Below, one piece after another: positions 26,960-39,494 of a stretch of DNA of 64,000 nucleotides. The notes beneath the pieces were generated by a model. That model had not been told where the DNA came from. It worked only from the letters and a program-made list of their open reading frames with translations, and did not search any database. Every line of letters starts with the position of its first letter. Positions within the stretch are counted from its first letter, which is position 1. The position numbers and the translations under genes were made by a program. Source of the DNA: Octopus sinensis (lineage: Eukaryota); contig NC_043014.1 of assembly GCF_006345805.1 (NCBI RefSeq), positions 3,844,001-3,908,000 of the forward strand. Direction: 5' to 3'.

Positions 26960-28455
26960 CAAGAAGGGAACCTTTAATAAATGAGAATTAAAACGTCAAA
27001 GTTGTTCGATATAATCTGCCTGTAAGATATAATCGGTGTCTCCTCTACAAAATTTCGTTTCTCCGATAGCGTACACCTGGATATAGGCTTGAAACTCCAC
27101 TACGCAACTCTGGTGCCAACAATGTCTCCACAGGTAGGATTAGGATACTCTCAATCCCCAGCTTTCGGATTGTATTATGGAGTGAAACCTACTAGGTGTG
27201 AGGGTTCACCTCTTGAAACTAAGGCTGAATATGAAGGACCAATGTTGCTGCTGGAAGTATAAGCAGCAAACAGCATGGGGAAATACAAATCGATCCTAAG
27301 CAAATTCACCTCAGCTTTAGATATATTTGGGGTAAAGTCATTTGTCCCGCAAGGAGACTTCAGTGCACACCTTGGCACTGATAACTGTGAGAAGGATTGA
27401 TTGGAAGGAATGTCGTCAGTGAACTTAATGGAGAGGTCATAGCAGCCTTCAGTGCAGGATACACACTCTCCTCCTATGGTATAGATATTATTTTAAGACA
27501 GGGATATTTATAAGGGTACCTGGTATAGAAATACTTGTGGAGTTGTCAACTCGCACTACCTACATATCTGAAAACCTGAAAATTTCTACAGTCTGCCGAA
27601 CACTGGAAATTGGTAAGTCCAGTGCGACCTACAGAATACAGTTGGAAGCCGCAGTGGATGCTGGGATCAGAATCAAAAATGTGGAGACTTTTGCATCCAA
27701 ATTGAGAGTGACCATCCTGAATGAAGTTGGACATCGAAATGGATTCGTGATTGTATTATTTTATTCAGCAGGTTCTTCTTCGGTTGAACGCTTATTTGAG
27801 CTAAACTCACTTAAAAGTGATAACGCTGCTGGTGAAAAGCACGTTCGGCTTGATATTTTAGAAACCTTAAATACAGATGGTATTCTCTGAGTGACCCATG
27901 TATGCTAGGTGGATGGGACCTCTGGAAAAAACACCAACAAAGCAATGGTAATACGGGGTGACAATCACAATTTTTTCAAACAGAGACCAAAGAGTGTGTT
28001 CTAATTATAGAGAAGTCTACACGTGATGTCAGGAAAAGATATGTAGGGAAATTGTCGCGCCCAATATTACCGTCCGCCACGCGGTACACCTGACCAGATA
28101 GTCATTCAAAGACAGATCTTCCAGCAAAATTTGAAGCATTTCCAAGGTTTAGACGCTGTAAACCACGAAAAGGCACACGATCACGTGTCCTGGGGAATGT
28201 TGTGGATGGTTTACCAGGAAGGTGAGTTTAATGGGCAAATACTGGTTGCCATATGGAGGTTGAAATGATTGTATTTATGTAAAAGTCGAAAGTTTTCAAC
28301 GTGAAGGTTTCCCTTAGTTGAAGTGTGCATTGTTAGTGCTCCTTCTCACATTCTTTTTTGTGATCTGGTTGAATATGCTCAGCCATTGTGGTAGAGGTAA
28401 CCTAATTCATCTCTACGTGATCGGTCGACTGTTATTTGTAGACGACATGCTGCTT
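26960..28455 (-). mobile_element. Decayed CR1/Jockey-like LINE remnant (paralogue of 19100-20580)
   Basis: Shared blocks such as GATATATTTGGGGTAAAGTCATTTGTC and CCAGTGCGACCTACAGAATA. Confidence 0.5.
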
Positions 28456-28709
28456 GGTACAATTATCGACGTAGCAATGCATATATACTCATATACACAA
28501 TAAATGGCATTGTATATTAGAGTAACATTTTATTAAGGAAATTATTGTAAAGTAGAATATATTTCGAAATAAATTCAGGCAAGTGTCTTAGTATATATTA
28601 TTGTGGACATGTGGATAGTAATGTGGAACTAATTCAAAGTTGGTGAAATTATAAATCATTGGTTAAGGAGACACGGGTAAAAGACTTTAGCTATAAAATT
28701 AGTTCTTAC

Positions 28710-28761
28710 TTGGTGTGTCATCAGGTTTATCGTCGAGAGATTTCTTGGAGATGAAACGGTT
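28710..28761 (-). CDS. Second copy of the 52-nt exon 2 (NRFISKKSLDDKPDDTP)
   Basis: tttttcaaag acceptor, gtaaga donor; identical in sequence to 7060-7111. Confidence 0.6.
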
Positions 28762-30090
28762 CTTTGAAAAAATAGAAATAGCATCATATAAATAGAACTT
28801 CAGGGTATTTATTATCGTTTAGAACTTAAAACAATGCAATAGATGACAACATATTCGGACAGGTATCATTGCCAACACTACCATCTCAACCCTTAGGAAT
28901 CTTCTAGAAGGCGTTTCAATCCAGTCAAAGGATTTTATGAACAATATCAGACAATACAACTCTGCATTTCAAATGACATCGTTTGGTGAATCTAAGAAGA
29001 TAGATAAACATGAATTTACGCCGACGTCAAAGTTCAAGGGCAAGTCTATCCTCTCATTGGTTCCCTGGTACCCGCGAATGAACAACCACAGTTCCGCCAA
29101 ATTTGCTCTATGAGTGATGTAGGACAACAAACCCGACGTGAGGTGTCAAAATTTCCGATGATGGGTCGTGTTAGACACAGCGCCCACTGCTGCAAAGGAG
29201 AGTATATCCACTGACAGCTTTTCGGTGCGTTCAAAAATCACACAAACCCCACCCTCAATTTTGCATGACAGGTTAGGGCCTGAAACACTCCAAACGGACG
29301 CATAGCATGTTGCTTAGTCGAATTAGCCCAGCATTTACTCTACAAATATTTTGCTGTCAATGTTGCACTTTCCCATATCACCTGTTTCAAAGATGGAACG
29401 TCTTAGAGAATGACATCTGCAAATGTAGAAAGGTAGGTACACTAACACGTTATCTTTACAACTGTTCATTAGCATTGAACAGGTACACATGGAGGCACAA
29501 CTTGGTCCTTAAGGTTATCTTCAATGCTATAAAAAACCAAATTCATCTCAACAACACTGAGGAAAAACCGCTAAAAGTACCATCAAGAGATTTCATTTCC
29601 ATCGTGCGACCAGGTCAGCGGATCCGTTTCAAGAAGAAGATCAAGAAACTTCCTGAGAAAAATGAAAAGTCGAACGGCTATTGGGAGGTAACTGCAGATT
29701 TACCAGGGTGCCAGGTTTTCTTTCCCATCCCAGTTTCGAAAAAAACAGATATTTTGATGTGGTGTGAAAGAAAGAAAGTTGTAAATATATTCGAGCTAAC
29801 AGTTCCTCATGAAGATAATATGGACGCCGCTCGGGCTCGAAAATTGAACCGTTATGAAAACCTTGAGGAATGTGAAGACGCAGGCTGGAAAGTGGAACAT
29901 TTTCCTATCGAAGTCGGATGGAGACGCATGTTTCTTAATAATGTCGCTTATTATGCAGTGTACAATGTTAAAATTTTGTGTCTGTTACAGTTAAATTCGA
30001 TTATTATAATTTCAAAAAAGGGACTATTTATTGCTTGTTTTGAAGCAAAATTTGTTTTAATTCCCCCTTGTTTATTAGTGTTTTTACACA

Positions 30091-31365
30091 ATGGAAGGTA
30101 CTGTCGCGCGTAGGGAGAGTGTATCTCCAGTGCCAAGTACCAGTAAGGATTCTGTAGTGAGCAGAAGGATATTAGAAGAGCCAATAAGGAGCTATGCGGC
30201 TGCCGCCGGAGGAAACTCAAGGAAAATTGATACAACCAATTTGAAGGCAAACCGAGAGCTGTTAACAAAAGAAGGGACCGAAATAAAGGTGGTCCCTCCT
30301 CATAGCATCATTAAAGATGCACTCGAAAGGACTGTAATTTTCAAAACATATAATGTTGAACAGAAAAAAGTTAACTATGTCAATGACAGAAGTGTAGAAA
30401 AATATTTAAGGCCAATTTGGAAGAACATCACATATTTGGCCAGAGGAAAAAGATATGCAGCTGTTGAAGTGAGGATGTCAACAGTGGAACAGGCGCAAAA
30501 GTATTCTGTGGAGCCTCTTCGAACGGATGAGGTAGTACTGTTGCCATTTTATATGGGGAGGAGAACCTCCCGAATAAAGATAAGCTGTGTACCACCGGAG
30601 GCGGACGCCGGATGGCTAGTAGCGGCAGTACTGTATGACCTAGAGGAAGAAATCACACTGCTTTCTGCGGAAGTAACAGAAGACAAAGTCTGGCTTGGCC
30701 AAACAATAAAAATGCTGATCCAAGCAGAGCCTATGACCCTAGAAAAAATTCCAGAGGTCATAGATACAATGGGTACGAAGTTAGTAGTCATGGTGGAAGG
30801 TAGAAAACCCAGATGTTTTAAATGTGGAAAGAAGGGCCATGTTAGGTCCGAATGCAAGAGTGGTGAAGAAAAAGAAAAAGAGGAGAACAACATTGAAGAA
30901 GACTCGGAAGATGAAACTACAGAGAATGGAAAAACAGAAGAAGAAAGCACAGAAGAAGAAAATGAGAGCGGAAATAAAGAAGAGACGGAATGGAAGAGAA
31001 CTGGTAGCAAAAGGAAATTAAAGAGAAATGTTAAATCATTGGCAAAAATGCAAACTCAAAGAAGGCATGAAAAAGCCAAAAAATCAAAAACAAAAGAAAT
31101 ACGAGAGAAAGAATTTCTATATATGGCGGTTCGAACCTCAAACTCGAGATTAATGAGCCAAATACAAATTAAAAAACTAAAAAGAACTGGATGCAAAAAC
31201 GTTAAAGACGGTTTCGAAGTCTACCACGTAGACAGAACGTCTTACAATGTTCTAGCAAATGACCATCGGAGTGATGTTGGCTTAATTAAAACGACTCCAC
31301 GAGCCCGAGAAAAAGAAAAAGAGGCGGACCCACCTCCGCCTTTTAGCGAAGACATAAGAAATTGA
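30091..31365 (+). CDS. LINE ORF1 (gag-like, CCHC zinc knuckle, acidic and basic tail), intact 424 aa
   Basis: SYAAAA motif, CFKCGKKGHVRSEC knuckle; ends 10 bp before ORF2. Confidence 0.85.
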   Translation: MEGTVARRESVSPVPSTSKDSVVSRRILEEPIRSYAAAAGGNSRKIDTTNLKANRELLTKEGTEIKVVPPHSIIKDALERTVIFKTYNVEQKKVNYVNDRSVEKYLRPIWKNITYLARGKRYAAVEVRMSTVEQAQKYSVEPLRTDEVVLLPFYMGRRTSRIKISCVPPEADAGWLVAAVLYDLEEEITLLSAEVTEDKVWLGQTIKMLIQAEPMTLEKIPEVIDTMGTKLVVMVEGRKPRCFKCGKKGHVRSECKSGEEKEKEENNIEEDSEDETTENGKTEEESTEEENESGNKEETEWKRTGSKRKLKRNVKSLAKMQTQRRHEKAKKSKTKEIREKEFLYMAVRTSNSRLMSQIQIKKLKRTGCKNVKDGFEVYHVDRTSYNVLANDHRSDVGLIKTTPRAREKEKEADPPPPFSEDIRN

Positions 31366-31375
31366 GGTAAGACTT

Positions 31376-34300
31376 ATGGCAGTTCACGTTGGATGTTTAA
31401 ATGTGCGTGGCCTGACGGCGGGATGGAAGCAAGGCCGCTTCTTAAACGACGTCATGTCACATAATTTGGATGTCATTGTTGCTACTGAAACCCGGTTAAA
31501 GGGATCAAGAGGACTGCTCCCACTCCTGGACGGATACGAGAAATTTGTTTTTCCAGGTCCACCGGCGGGTGGGTGTGGGGGTGTTGGTCCTACTAAAAAG
31601 AAACCGGGTTCCAGAGAAGAAGTTAATTTTTTGTGACCCAGAGGGTAGGCTGGTCGTCTTGGACCTGACTTTAAGTTGCGGTAAGAAAATCAGACTGGTG
31701 GCAATTTACACCCCCCACAATGGTCAGTCTGAGTATTTCCGAGACCTAGAGAAGTTTCTTGGTACGGCGTACCAATTAGTTTTGTTAGGTGACTTTAATG
31801 TTATTCAAGATGCGCGCGTGGATAATGTTGGCTCGAACCCAAATAGAATACCTAATGCCGGTTTCCGGGATCTACTAAGTCGCTTTCAGCTAGTAGATCC
31901 ATACAGACTTGAATTCCCGAACACCCCAATGTGGACATGGTTAAGTGGTGACGGGTCTTTTAAGTCCTATATAGATAGGATGATTCTAATTAGAGAAACA
32001 GATAGATCCATAGCTAAGTGTCCACAGTTCCACTTGGTCAGCTACAGTGATCATAAATTGGTCACTTGTAAGCTGAACCTAGATAAGTTACAGAGTAGAG
32101 GATCCGGTTACTAGAAACTCAATAAGTCCCATTTGGCGAACGAAGAGTACAGAAGCCGGATTAAGTTACTGATACAGAGGGCTTTAACTGGTACCATCAT
32201 TAATAATAAATGGTGATACGCCCTCAAAAGAGCCATTAAATTTGAATCTATTAGATATAGCATAGGCTTAGTGGCAAGAGAGCGTAAGAGGGAACTAGAA
32301 CTGGTTAAGGAATTAGAGGAAGCAGGGTTGACTGGTAGTGCTGCTGAGGCGAAGGCTAAGAGACTGGAATTAAACCAGCACCTCGAGGCCAAACACATGG
32401 GATGCATTATCAGGGCTAGACTTCGTGCAATGGGGAGTGAGGGGATCAATGCCGCTGGATGGGCTCGGGTGATGGAAACCCAACGTGGAAATGATTCCAC
32501 AATTCGATCTGTGGAGAACCTACAAGGCGAGATTGTGAACGAACACGATGAGATGTGTCAGGCTTTTCAGGAGCACTTTGCACAGCTTTTCGGGAGGGGC
32601 AATGGATCGGATGGTAGGTTGGACCTTTCGGACTTCCTTGCCGGGCTGCCGCGTCTCTCGGGGCAGGATGCTGAGTGCTGTGAGGGTCCGATAACACCTC
32701 AGGAGGTGAGAGAGGCTATAACGAACTGTAAAGCTGGTAGGGCGCCGGGACTTGGTGGTTTGCCTTATGAAATGTACAAAAGTATGCCAGACTTGTATGG
32801 GCAAATTCTGGCCGGGGTTTACGATAGCTGGCAGTAGAATGGGTCGATTCCCAGATCTGTACGCAGGGGAGTGGTGACTGTGGTCAGGAAGGACCCAAAC
32901 AAGGGAGATAAGATAGACAACTTTAGGCCCATCACTCTGTTAAACGCAGAGGTGAAGATTTTGGCCAAGGTACTAGCAAAAAGATTGGGGCAGGTCGCGA
33001 ATACTCTGATCGGCAAGGCAAAAACCTGTGCCGTCCCCGGCAGAAGCATTCAGGACAATCTCCATCTTATACGCTATACCTTAGAAGGGTTTGGTAGTGA
33101 TTCTGGTAGTGATTTTGGTCCATTTAGACCAGTCAAAAGCATTCGGTAGGGTTGACTAACGATACCTGGTGTCCGTGTTAGCACAGTTCGGGCTGGGTCT
33201 TGGCTTCTTTAGGTGGATAATCCAATTATACGACAACATCGATTCGATCGTTCGGGTGAACGGATTTCTTTCTAGGCCGTCTCTATGAAGCGCTCGGTTC
33301 GCCAAGGATGTCCGCTTTCGCCACTTTTGTATGTGATGGCCCTAGAGCCGTTACTGCAAAAGTTGAGCGGCATCCCGAGGGGGCCGGCTGTTGGAGAGTC
33401 GGTTTCAGCATATGCGGATGACATCACCATTCTTGTAACCAAGATGGAACACCTACAGAGGGTACGTGAAACAATTAAGGTTTACGAGACGGTGGCAGGA
33501 GCAAAGATTAACCGGGAAAAGTCAGTCGGCTTGCAACTCGGCACCTGGAGGAGCAAGTCGATGCCTTTGGATAGCGTCGTGGGACGTTGGACGGAGGGCC
33601 CGGTTAAGCTGCAAGGGGTATGGTTTAGACCATACCTCCAGGTAGAAAAGAACTGGGCAGAGGTATTGAGCAAGGTGACCTGCATAGTCAAGACCTGGTC
33701 TTGGCGGTGTCTATCCTTGAAAGGGAGGGCGGAGGTGGCCAATGTGTTTATCGCATCGGTCATCATTTACCGCCTAACCATCGTGCCCTGTCCCGGTTCG
33801 TGGTTGAGCAAGCTGGAGAAGCAGATCTTCCGCTTTTTGTGGAAGGGCACCACTCCTCTAGTGAGGCGTTCTATCTGCTGCCAAAAGCCGTTGAATGGAG
33901 GACTGGGGATGCCTTGGCTGTTGATGTGCAAACATGCGCTGAGGTTCAGGTATCTCTGGCTACTCCTGAATGGTTAACAGGTGTGGTCTCCGCTCGCGAA
34001 ACGGATGTTTCCCAGGTTCACAAGTTTTAGTGGACAAGAAAGCTGGTTCCTTCGTAGAACGAGGTTGGGTACATGGTTTACGGAGTGCCGTAAAGCACTC
34101 CTACAGTTCCATCGCTCGGGTAATGCTAGCGGTTTTGGTACCACCACATTTTTCTATAGCAGGTTGGTAGAGGCTGGGAACGACGATACCCTAGAGGAAA
34201 CCCTAAGTCTCGGAGATAACTAGTTAGACAGTCTGTTCCGAAGGACGTTTGGGCCGGGGTGTTTGGATAATTTCCAAAAATCCCTGGCCTGGCAATGTTA

Positions 34301-34763
34301 CCGAGGAGCCTTACCCGTTCGGGATAAGCTCGCAGGACACGGTCGAACCACCACTGCCGACTGTCCAAGATGCGGACGGGATAGGGAAACTGGCCTGCAC
34401 GCTATTGTTCAGTGTTCGGGAGTGTCTGAAGTGTGGGTTTATGCAGAACATCTGCTGTCAGGTTCGGGAAGAGTACAGCTGTCGTCTGAGTCAATTGTAA
34501 AAATTGACCCGCCGGATTTCCTCACGAAAGAAGATAAGCAATGTTTTCTCGCAGTAGTAGCAATAGCGAAAGAGGTGGTATGGAAGTCGCGAATGAAAGG
34601 TTTGGCGACAGGCAACCTCATCTCCGGTCTCGGGTTGGTGAGATATTTTATCTTCCTCCTTAAAAGGAAGGTGAGGCTGGAAAGAAGATGCCTGTCAAAG
34701 AAAATGTTCAAAGAAAGATGGTTGCATGTTGCGAGGGTGCTGGGAATGAAAGATTCCTCATGA
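31376..34763 (+). pseudogene. LINE ORF2 (APE endonuclease, RT, zinc finger), disrupted
   Basis: CLNVRGL, LGDFN, YIDR, SDHKL; FRPITLLN, RQGCPLSPLLY, AYADD; CPRC..ETGLHA..QC; several stops and frameshifts. Confidence 0.92.
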
Positions 34764-35194
34764 ACATGTCATAAGTCTGCATACAAATGTTTCAGTAGGA
34801 GAATGGGGCTCGTGGGGTCGGAGCGTAAGCCATCTCTCTGCTTCATCTCATGTGTGTATTTCGTCCTTTTTGTATCTCATTCGATTTCATTCGATTTCAT
34901 TATATTTTGTAAAATTTTAAAAGTCATATAATCATTGAGTGTCTGACCCCAATCAGGCTGTATTGTCCCCCTCTATGTTTGGGCCCATGTGGCTAATAAA
35001 GAAATTGGATGTAGAGGGTTTGTTGGACACAGCGTGAGACGACTGTTGTTATCGCTAGGCCTAACTCATCGTAAAGTCAATACCATCATGACTGATATCC
35101 AATCTACAGTGGAGAAGGCTAGCCACTGGATTTGGTTAAAAAGAGACGATGAGTGATGGCTAGAAGTATATTGAGTTCTTCATAACCAGCTGAT

Positions 35195-35306
35195 CTAGCA
35201 AGCGGGGCCTCATATCAGTGAGGGGGGCCGGTGCGCATTGATGCCGTCGAGAGGTAGGCCCCGAAACGGCGCGCAATCTCTCCTGATGACCCCATACACT
35301 TGCTAG
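35195..35306 (+). ncRNA. Candidate rearranged (non-circularly permuted) hammerhead ribozyme at the Hero-Hero junction
   Basis: GCCGTC pairs with GAAACGGC (stem III); GAGAG pairs with CTCTC directly before CTGATGA (stem I); GGGGCC/GGCCCC precedes GAAA; closing stem CTAGCAAG/CTTGCTAG. Confidence 0.6.
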
Positions 35307-35542
35307 CTTCCGGTATACGGAGCTTTTAACTGGTAGCACTTGCATGTGCAAGTTGTTTGCAAGACATCTAAGACCTTGTGGTAGGGAACCACTGACAAAC
35401 CGGAAAGACGGTTAGGCATCTTGGAAGACAAGAGGACTGCTCGGAAAGACGAGCGGACAACAGGAAAAACTATCGACACCAGGAAAGACTGGTGGAGGCT
35501 GCAGACTTACGATCATCGCCTTTGTAATATATTGTAACAGAT

Positions 35543-37045
35543 ATGAATGGATATGACAGCCCCACGATCGACCGAGAGGGGAGAATCGAGAATCAATCAA
35601 ACCCAGTCAGCACGGAAATGACCTTGGAAATGAGTGCGGTTATTCATTCGAACAGCGAACGAAATGCAAACAACTTTGGATGCAAGCTGTGCTGTAGAAC
35701 CTTTGCAACTGTGAGAGGCTTGAAGATACATCAGGGAAAGACTTGTGAGAAGAGGACAGAGCAGTGTGGATCGTCAGATCGTAAAACACGTGGCAAATCA
35801 TCCCCGGACTCAAACCACAGCGGATCGATAAATGCTACAGCAGAGACCTCTTGGCGTGATGAAACTACAAGTCATGAAACTGGTGCATCGGATAATACTC
35901 AGAGGAAACCGAGGGTTTTGTGGCTTGCTGCTAATGAGAAAGTGAAATATAAAGAGTTTGAAAACAAGGTTTGTCGGGCTCTTTATAAAATGACAGGCTC
36001 TACAGTGGAGAAACTGGGCAAATTATCAAGCTCAATATACGATGTAGGAACAGATTTATTTGGAATAAAAGAGAATATCCGGCTAGAGAAAGGAAAGTGT
36101 GGACCAAGCAGCAGGATCAGAAAAATGCAGCAGTTGAGGAAGGAAAAGTCCGACTTAAGAAAGCGATGGAGATGTGCTGCACTAGATGAGAAACCTGGCC
36201 TTGCGCTACTGTATAACGATTTGAAGAGGAAATGTCGTTATGTGCAACGACATATCCGCCGATATGAGCGTCGAAAAGAAAGTAAAAGGACTCGGGGTCA
36301 GTTTCTGAAGGACCCTTACGGGTTTACTAAGAAGCTATTCACTGAACCGAAGAGTGGCACTTTATCGTGCACTAAAGAAGAATTGGATGCTCATATCAAG
36401 GATACCTACAAGGCAAGATCTTTATGGGGATTCTGTCGAGGAGAACAGTGGCATATTTACACAAATTACTAATAACAGCCATGGACCACTTCCACATTCC
36501 AGACAAAGTGATCAAAATAATGAGGATGTACTATGACAGTTTCGAAATGAGATTTACGACTGGAAATTTTACAACAAATTGGCACCGATTGGAAGTTGGC
36601 ATTGCTGCTGGCTGTACGATATCTGTCACGTGGTTTATCTTAGTCATGGAGTTGATTTTGGAAGGTGTAGATTTTTCGGAACAAATCGCCCATGTACAAT
36701 TGCCTAAGAAAGCCTTCATGGATGACGTGACACTTCTAGCTACAGATAAAAAAATCATGCAGAATGCCCTCTTGAGATTAGACGAACTTGTAAGGTGGTC
36801 AAGGACGCGATTTAGAGCAAAAAAGTCGCGTAGTCTGACATTTGTTAAGGGAGTGCAGAAAGAATTTAAGTTTCGAATATCTGAAGAAAGCATTCCAACA
36901 GTCAAGGAAGAACCCGTCAAGAGCTTGGAACGAGTATACGCTGGAACATTGTCAGACAGAAGTCGTGGGATTGAAATTATGAAACAGGCCGAGGCTGGGT
37001 TATCAGCGATTGATAATTCGAAGTTTCCAGGTAAATATAAAATTG
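35543..37045 (+). mobile_element. 5' and RT part of a Hero-clade element (internal deletion, 3'-truncated)
   Basis: Zinc finger CKLCCRTFATVRGLKIHQGKTC, FLKDPYGFTKKLF, LEVGIAAGCTISV, AFMDDVTLL, KKSRSL, IPTVKEEPVKSL, PGKYK. Confidence 0.88.
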
Positions 37046-39400
37046 ATGTTTGTGACAGCACATAAGATCTCCTCAGCAGGATCAATGACTGTAACAACAC
37101 TTGTGACCTGACAGTATGTATGGTGGGTAGCATGGATGTGGTATCCCTATACCCATCGATTGACGTAGATTTTGCGGTGGAGAAGTGCGTGGAGATGATC
37201 AACGAGAGCCAGGTGGAGTTCCGTAATGTCAACACAGAAGAACTGGGCCTCCTACTTAGACTGACATGTAATAATGAATACTTAGATAAGCATAATCTTA
37301 GTAGTTTCTGCCCCAGTAGATGTTTAAGAGGTAGACCGCCCACAATTACGTCTATGGCTAGGAAGACACATATAGAAAGATGGCGCGGATGGACCAGAGC
37401 CATACGGAGCCCCGCAAATGTCCATCAGGTAAAGAAAATGATCGCACATGCACTAGGAGCTAGTATAAGAGTTACCCTAAAAGGCCACACGTTTAAGTTT
37501 AATAATAAAATATATGCCTAGGACGAGGGGGCAGCTATCGGCGTTAGTATCGCTGGTGATGTGGCTAACCTTTCCATGGTATGGTGGGACAGAAGGCTTA
37601 AAGAACGCCTAACACAGAACTCCATACTCGTAAACATGTACTCTCGCTATGTTGATGATATCAACATAGTGGTAAAGGCACCCCCACAAGAGAGTACTCT
37701 TGAAAGAGAAATAGAAACTAATACTATGGAGAGTATCCAGCAAATACATAACTCCATCCTCCAGAGTATTAAGGTTACAATAGACTACCCCACTAAACAC
37801 CCCAACCATAGACTACCAGTGCTAGACACTGAACTCTGGCTAGAAATTGTGAATAATAAAACCCAAATCCTTCATTCATACTATGCCAAACCTATGGCCT
37901 CAAAATACTTGATCCACCGGAACTCAGCCATTGCGGACAATGCCAAATTCAATATTTTGATGGCAGACCTCGTCAGAATAATGAGAAATGTGTCACGCAT
38001 GTGCGAGCCTACAGAGTTAAGAAACACATATGATATTTCATTCACCGCATGCAGTTCTCAGGTTACATCCATAAAGAAAGGATTAGAGTATACAAAGGAG
38101 CCATGAAGAAATTTGATAATATATTATGTAATGATAGGAATGGGATTTGCCCACTCTATAGGAACAAATCATGGAACACTATAGAAAGGACAAAAAAGAA
38201 AATAGGGAAGGCCAACTTATGGTATGATAACCATAAATACCAGAGTGTCATGTTCGTTGACACCACCCCTGGAGGTGAAATGGCGTACCGCTTTAGAAGG
38301 ACCCTAGACAAACTGAAGCTAAGAATTAACGTTGTTGAAAAGCCAGGCAACCCTATCAAATCTATAATTGGTAGAACCTATCCTTTTAGTAGAACCCCCA
38401 GTACGGATAAGTACTGTACTGTATGTAGATTTAGCCCACAAACAAACTGTAAAGCCAGGAATGTAGTCTATAGTATAAGATGTATAGAGGGACGATGCAG
38501 TAACAAGACGACATACGTAGGGGAAACGGCAAGAAGCATAGGAGAGCGGGTAAATGGACATTGGAGACAACTCAAGGAAGGTAAAAGCTCATCGATTCTG
38601 TACCAACACGCCGAACAGAAACACGGGGGATCAATCAATAACATACAAATTAAAATATTGTCCACACATAGAACAGATGCAACAATTAGACAAATTACAG
38701 AAGCTACACACATAATAGAAAATAAACGTAGCCTGAATAGAAAACTAGAATGGAGCACTAACACACCACAACATGTGACGATAGAGGATCCAGAAAACAT
38801 AATAAATACACAGATAAATAAACAAATATAAATAAATAACTATATATATATATATATATGTATATATATGTGTGTGTATATATATGTATATATATTTTTT
38901 TTTTTCAATTCGATTTATTATTGTTATTACTAGTATTGTTGTTATACATACATACATACAAGCATATGTAATGATAATAATAAGTAGATGTAAACACATG
39001 AACAAAATAAGAATAAACAAAAACAACAACAACAAAAACAAAATACAAATTACATGAACGTATATAAACAGAAGATAGAAATATTACAGGCATCCCCCCA
39101 CATACACACACTATATAAACATAGACGCACATAGAGATATAAGCATGCGCAAATGAAGACATACAATAGAAATACAAAAAGGCTTACGGTTAGTAAGGAG
39201 AGACACAAATAAGAAAGAAGAAATCAAAGGACCACTGATGCGGTCACAGGATTGTGACGAAAGAACTCTGGCCGAAATAAGATTAAGATTAATGTAAAAA
39301 ATAAATAACACTGAAGCAAAATAACACCAAATATGTCAATATGACCATTCCGAAATATAACAATATCTGTTTCAACACACGACTTCACATAAAAAATCTT
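37046..39400 (+). mobile_element. 5'-truncated Penelope-like element (RT plus C-terminal GIY-YIG, 3' pLTR), possibly Naiad-like
   Basis: GSMDVVSLYPSID, G.AIG, YSRYVDDI, LPVLD, YAKPMASKYLIHRNSA, NVVYSIRC...YVGETARSIGERVNGH; one TAG stop and one frameshift. Confidence 0.88.
39229..39273 (+). ncRNA. Penelope pLTR hammerhead (degenerate, A9>C)
   Basis: GGACCA-CTGATGCG-GTCACA.GGAT.TGTGAC-GAAAG.AA.CTC-TGGCC. Confidence 0.65.
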
Positions 39401-39419
39401 GCACAACAAATATTTAAAC

Positions 39420-39494
<75 letters not shown>

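Larger units (their letters stand above)
29921..35004 (+). mobile_element. Full-length L1/Tx1-clade LINE
   Basis: ORF1 plus ORF2, AATAAA at the 3' end, target-site duplication TCGGATG (29914-29920) / TTGGATG (35005-35011). Confidence 0.9.
29385..35155 (+). mobile_element. 3' part of a Hero-clade (RLE) non-LTR retrotransposon, split by an L1/Tx1 insertion
   Basis: CKC.KVGTL...NCSLALNRYTWRHN, ELTVPHEDN...RK.NRY, FPIEVG at 29385-29920 continues as CRGFVGHS...VEKASHWIWLKR at 35005-35155. Confidence 0.85.

Noticed and set aside
30549-37403. Antisense ORFs (e.g. 36531-37403, 290 aa)
   Set aside because: Shadow frames opposite retrotransposon coding regions; the longest crosses the Hero/PLE junction
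37519-37521. Recoded (selenocysteine) stop in the Penelope-like RT
   Set aside because: The codon is TAG (probably from CAG), not TGA, and the copy also has a frameshift
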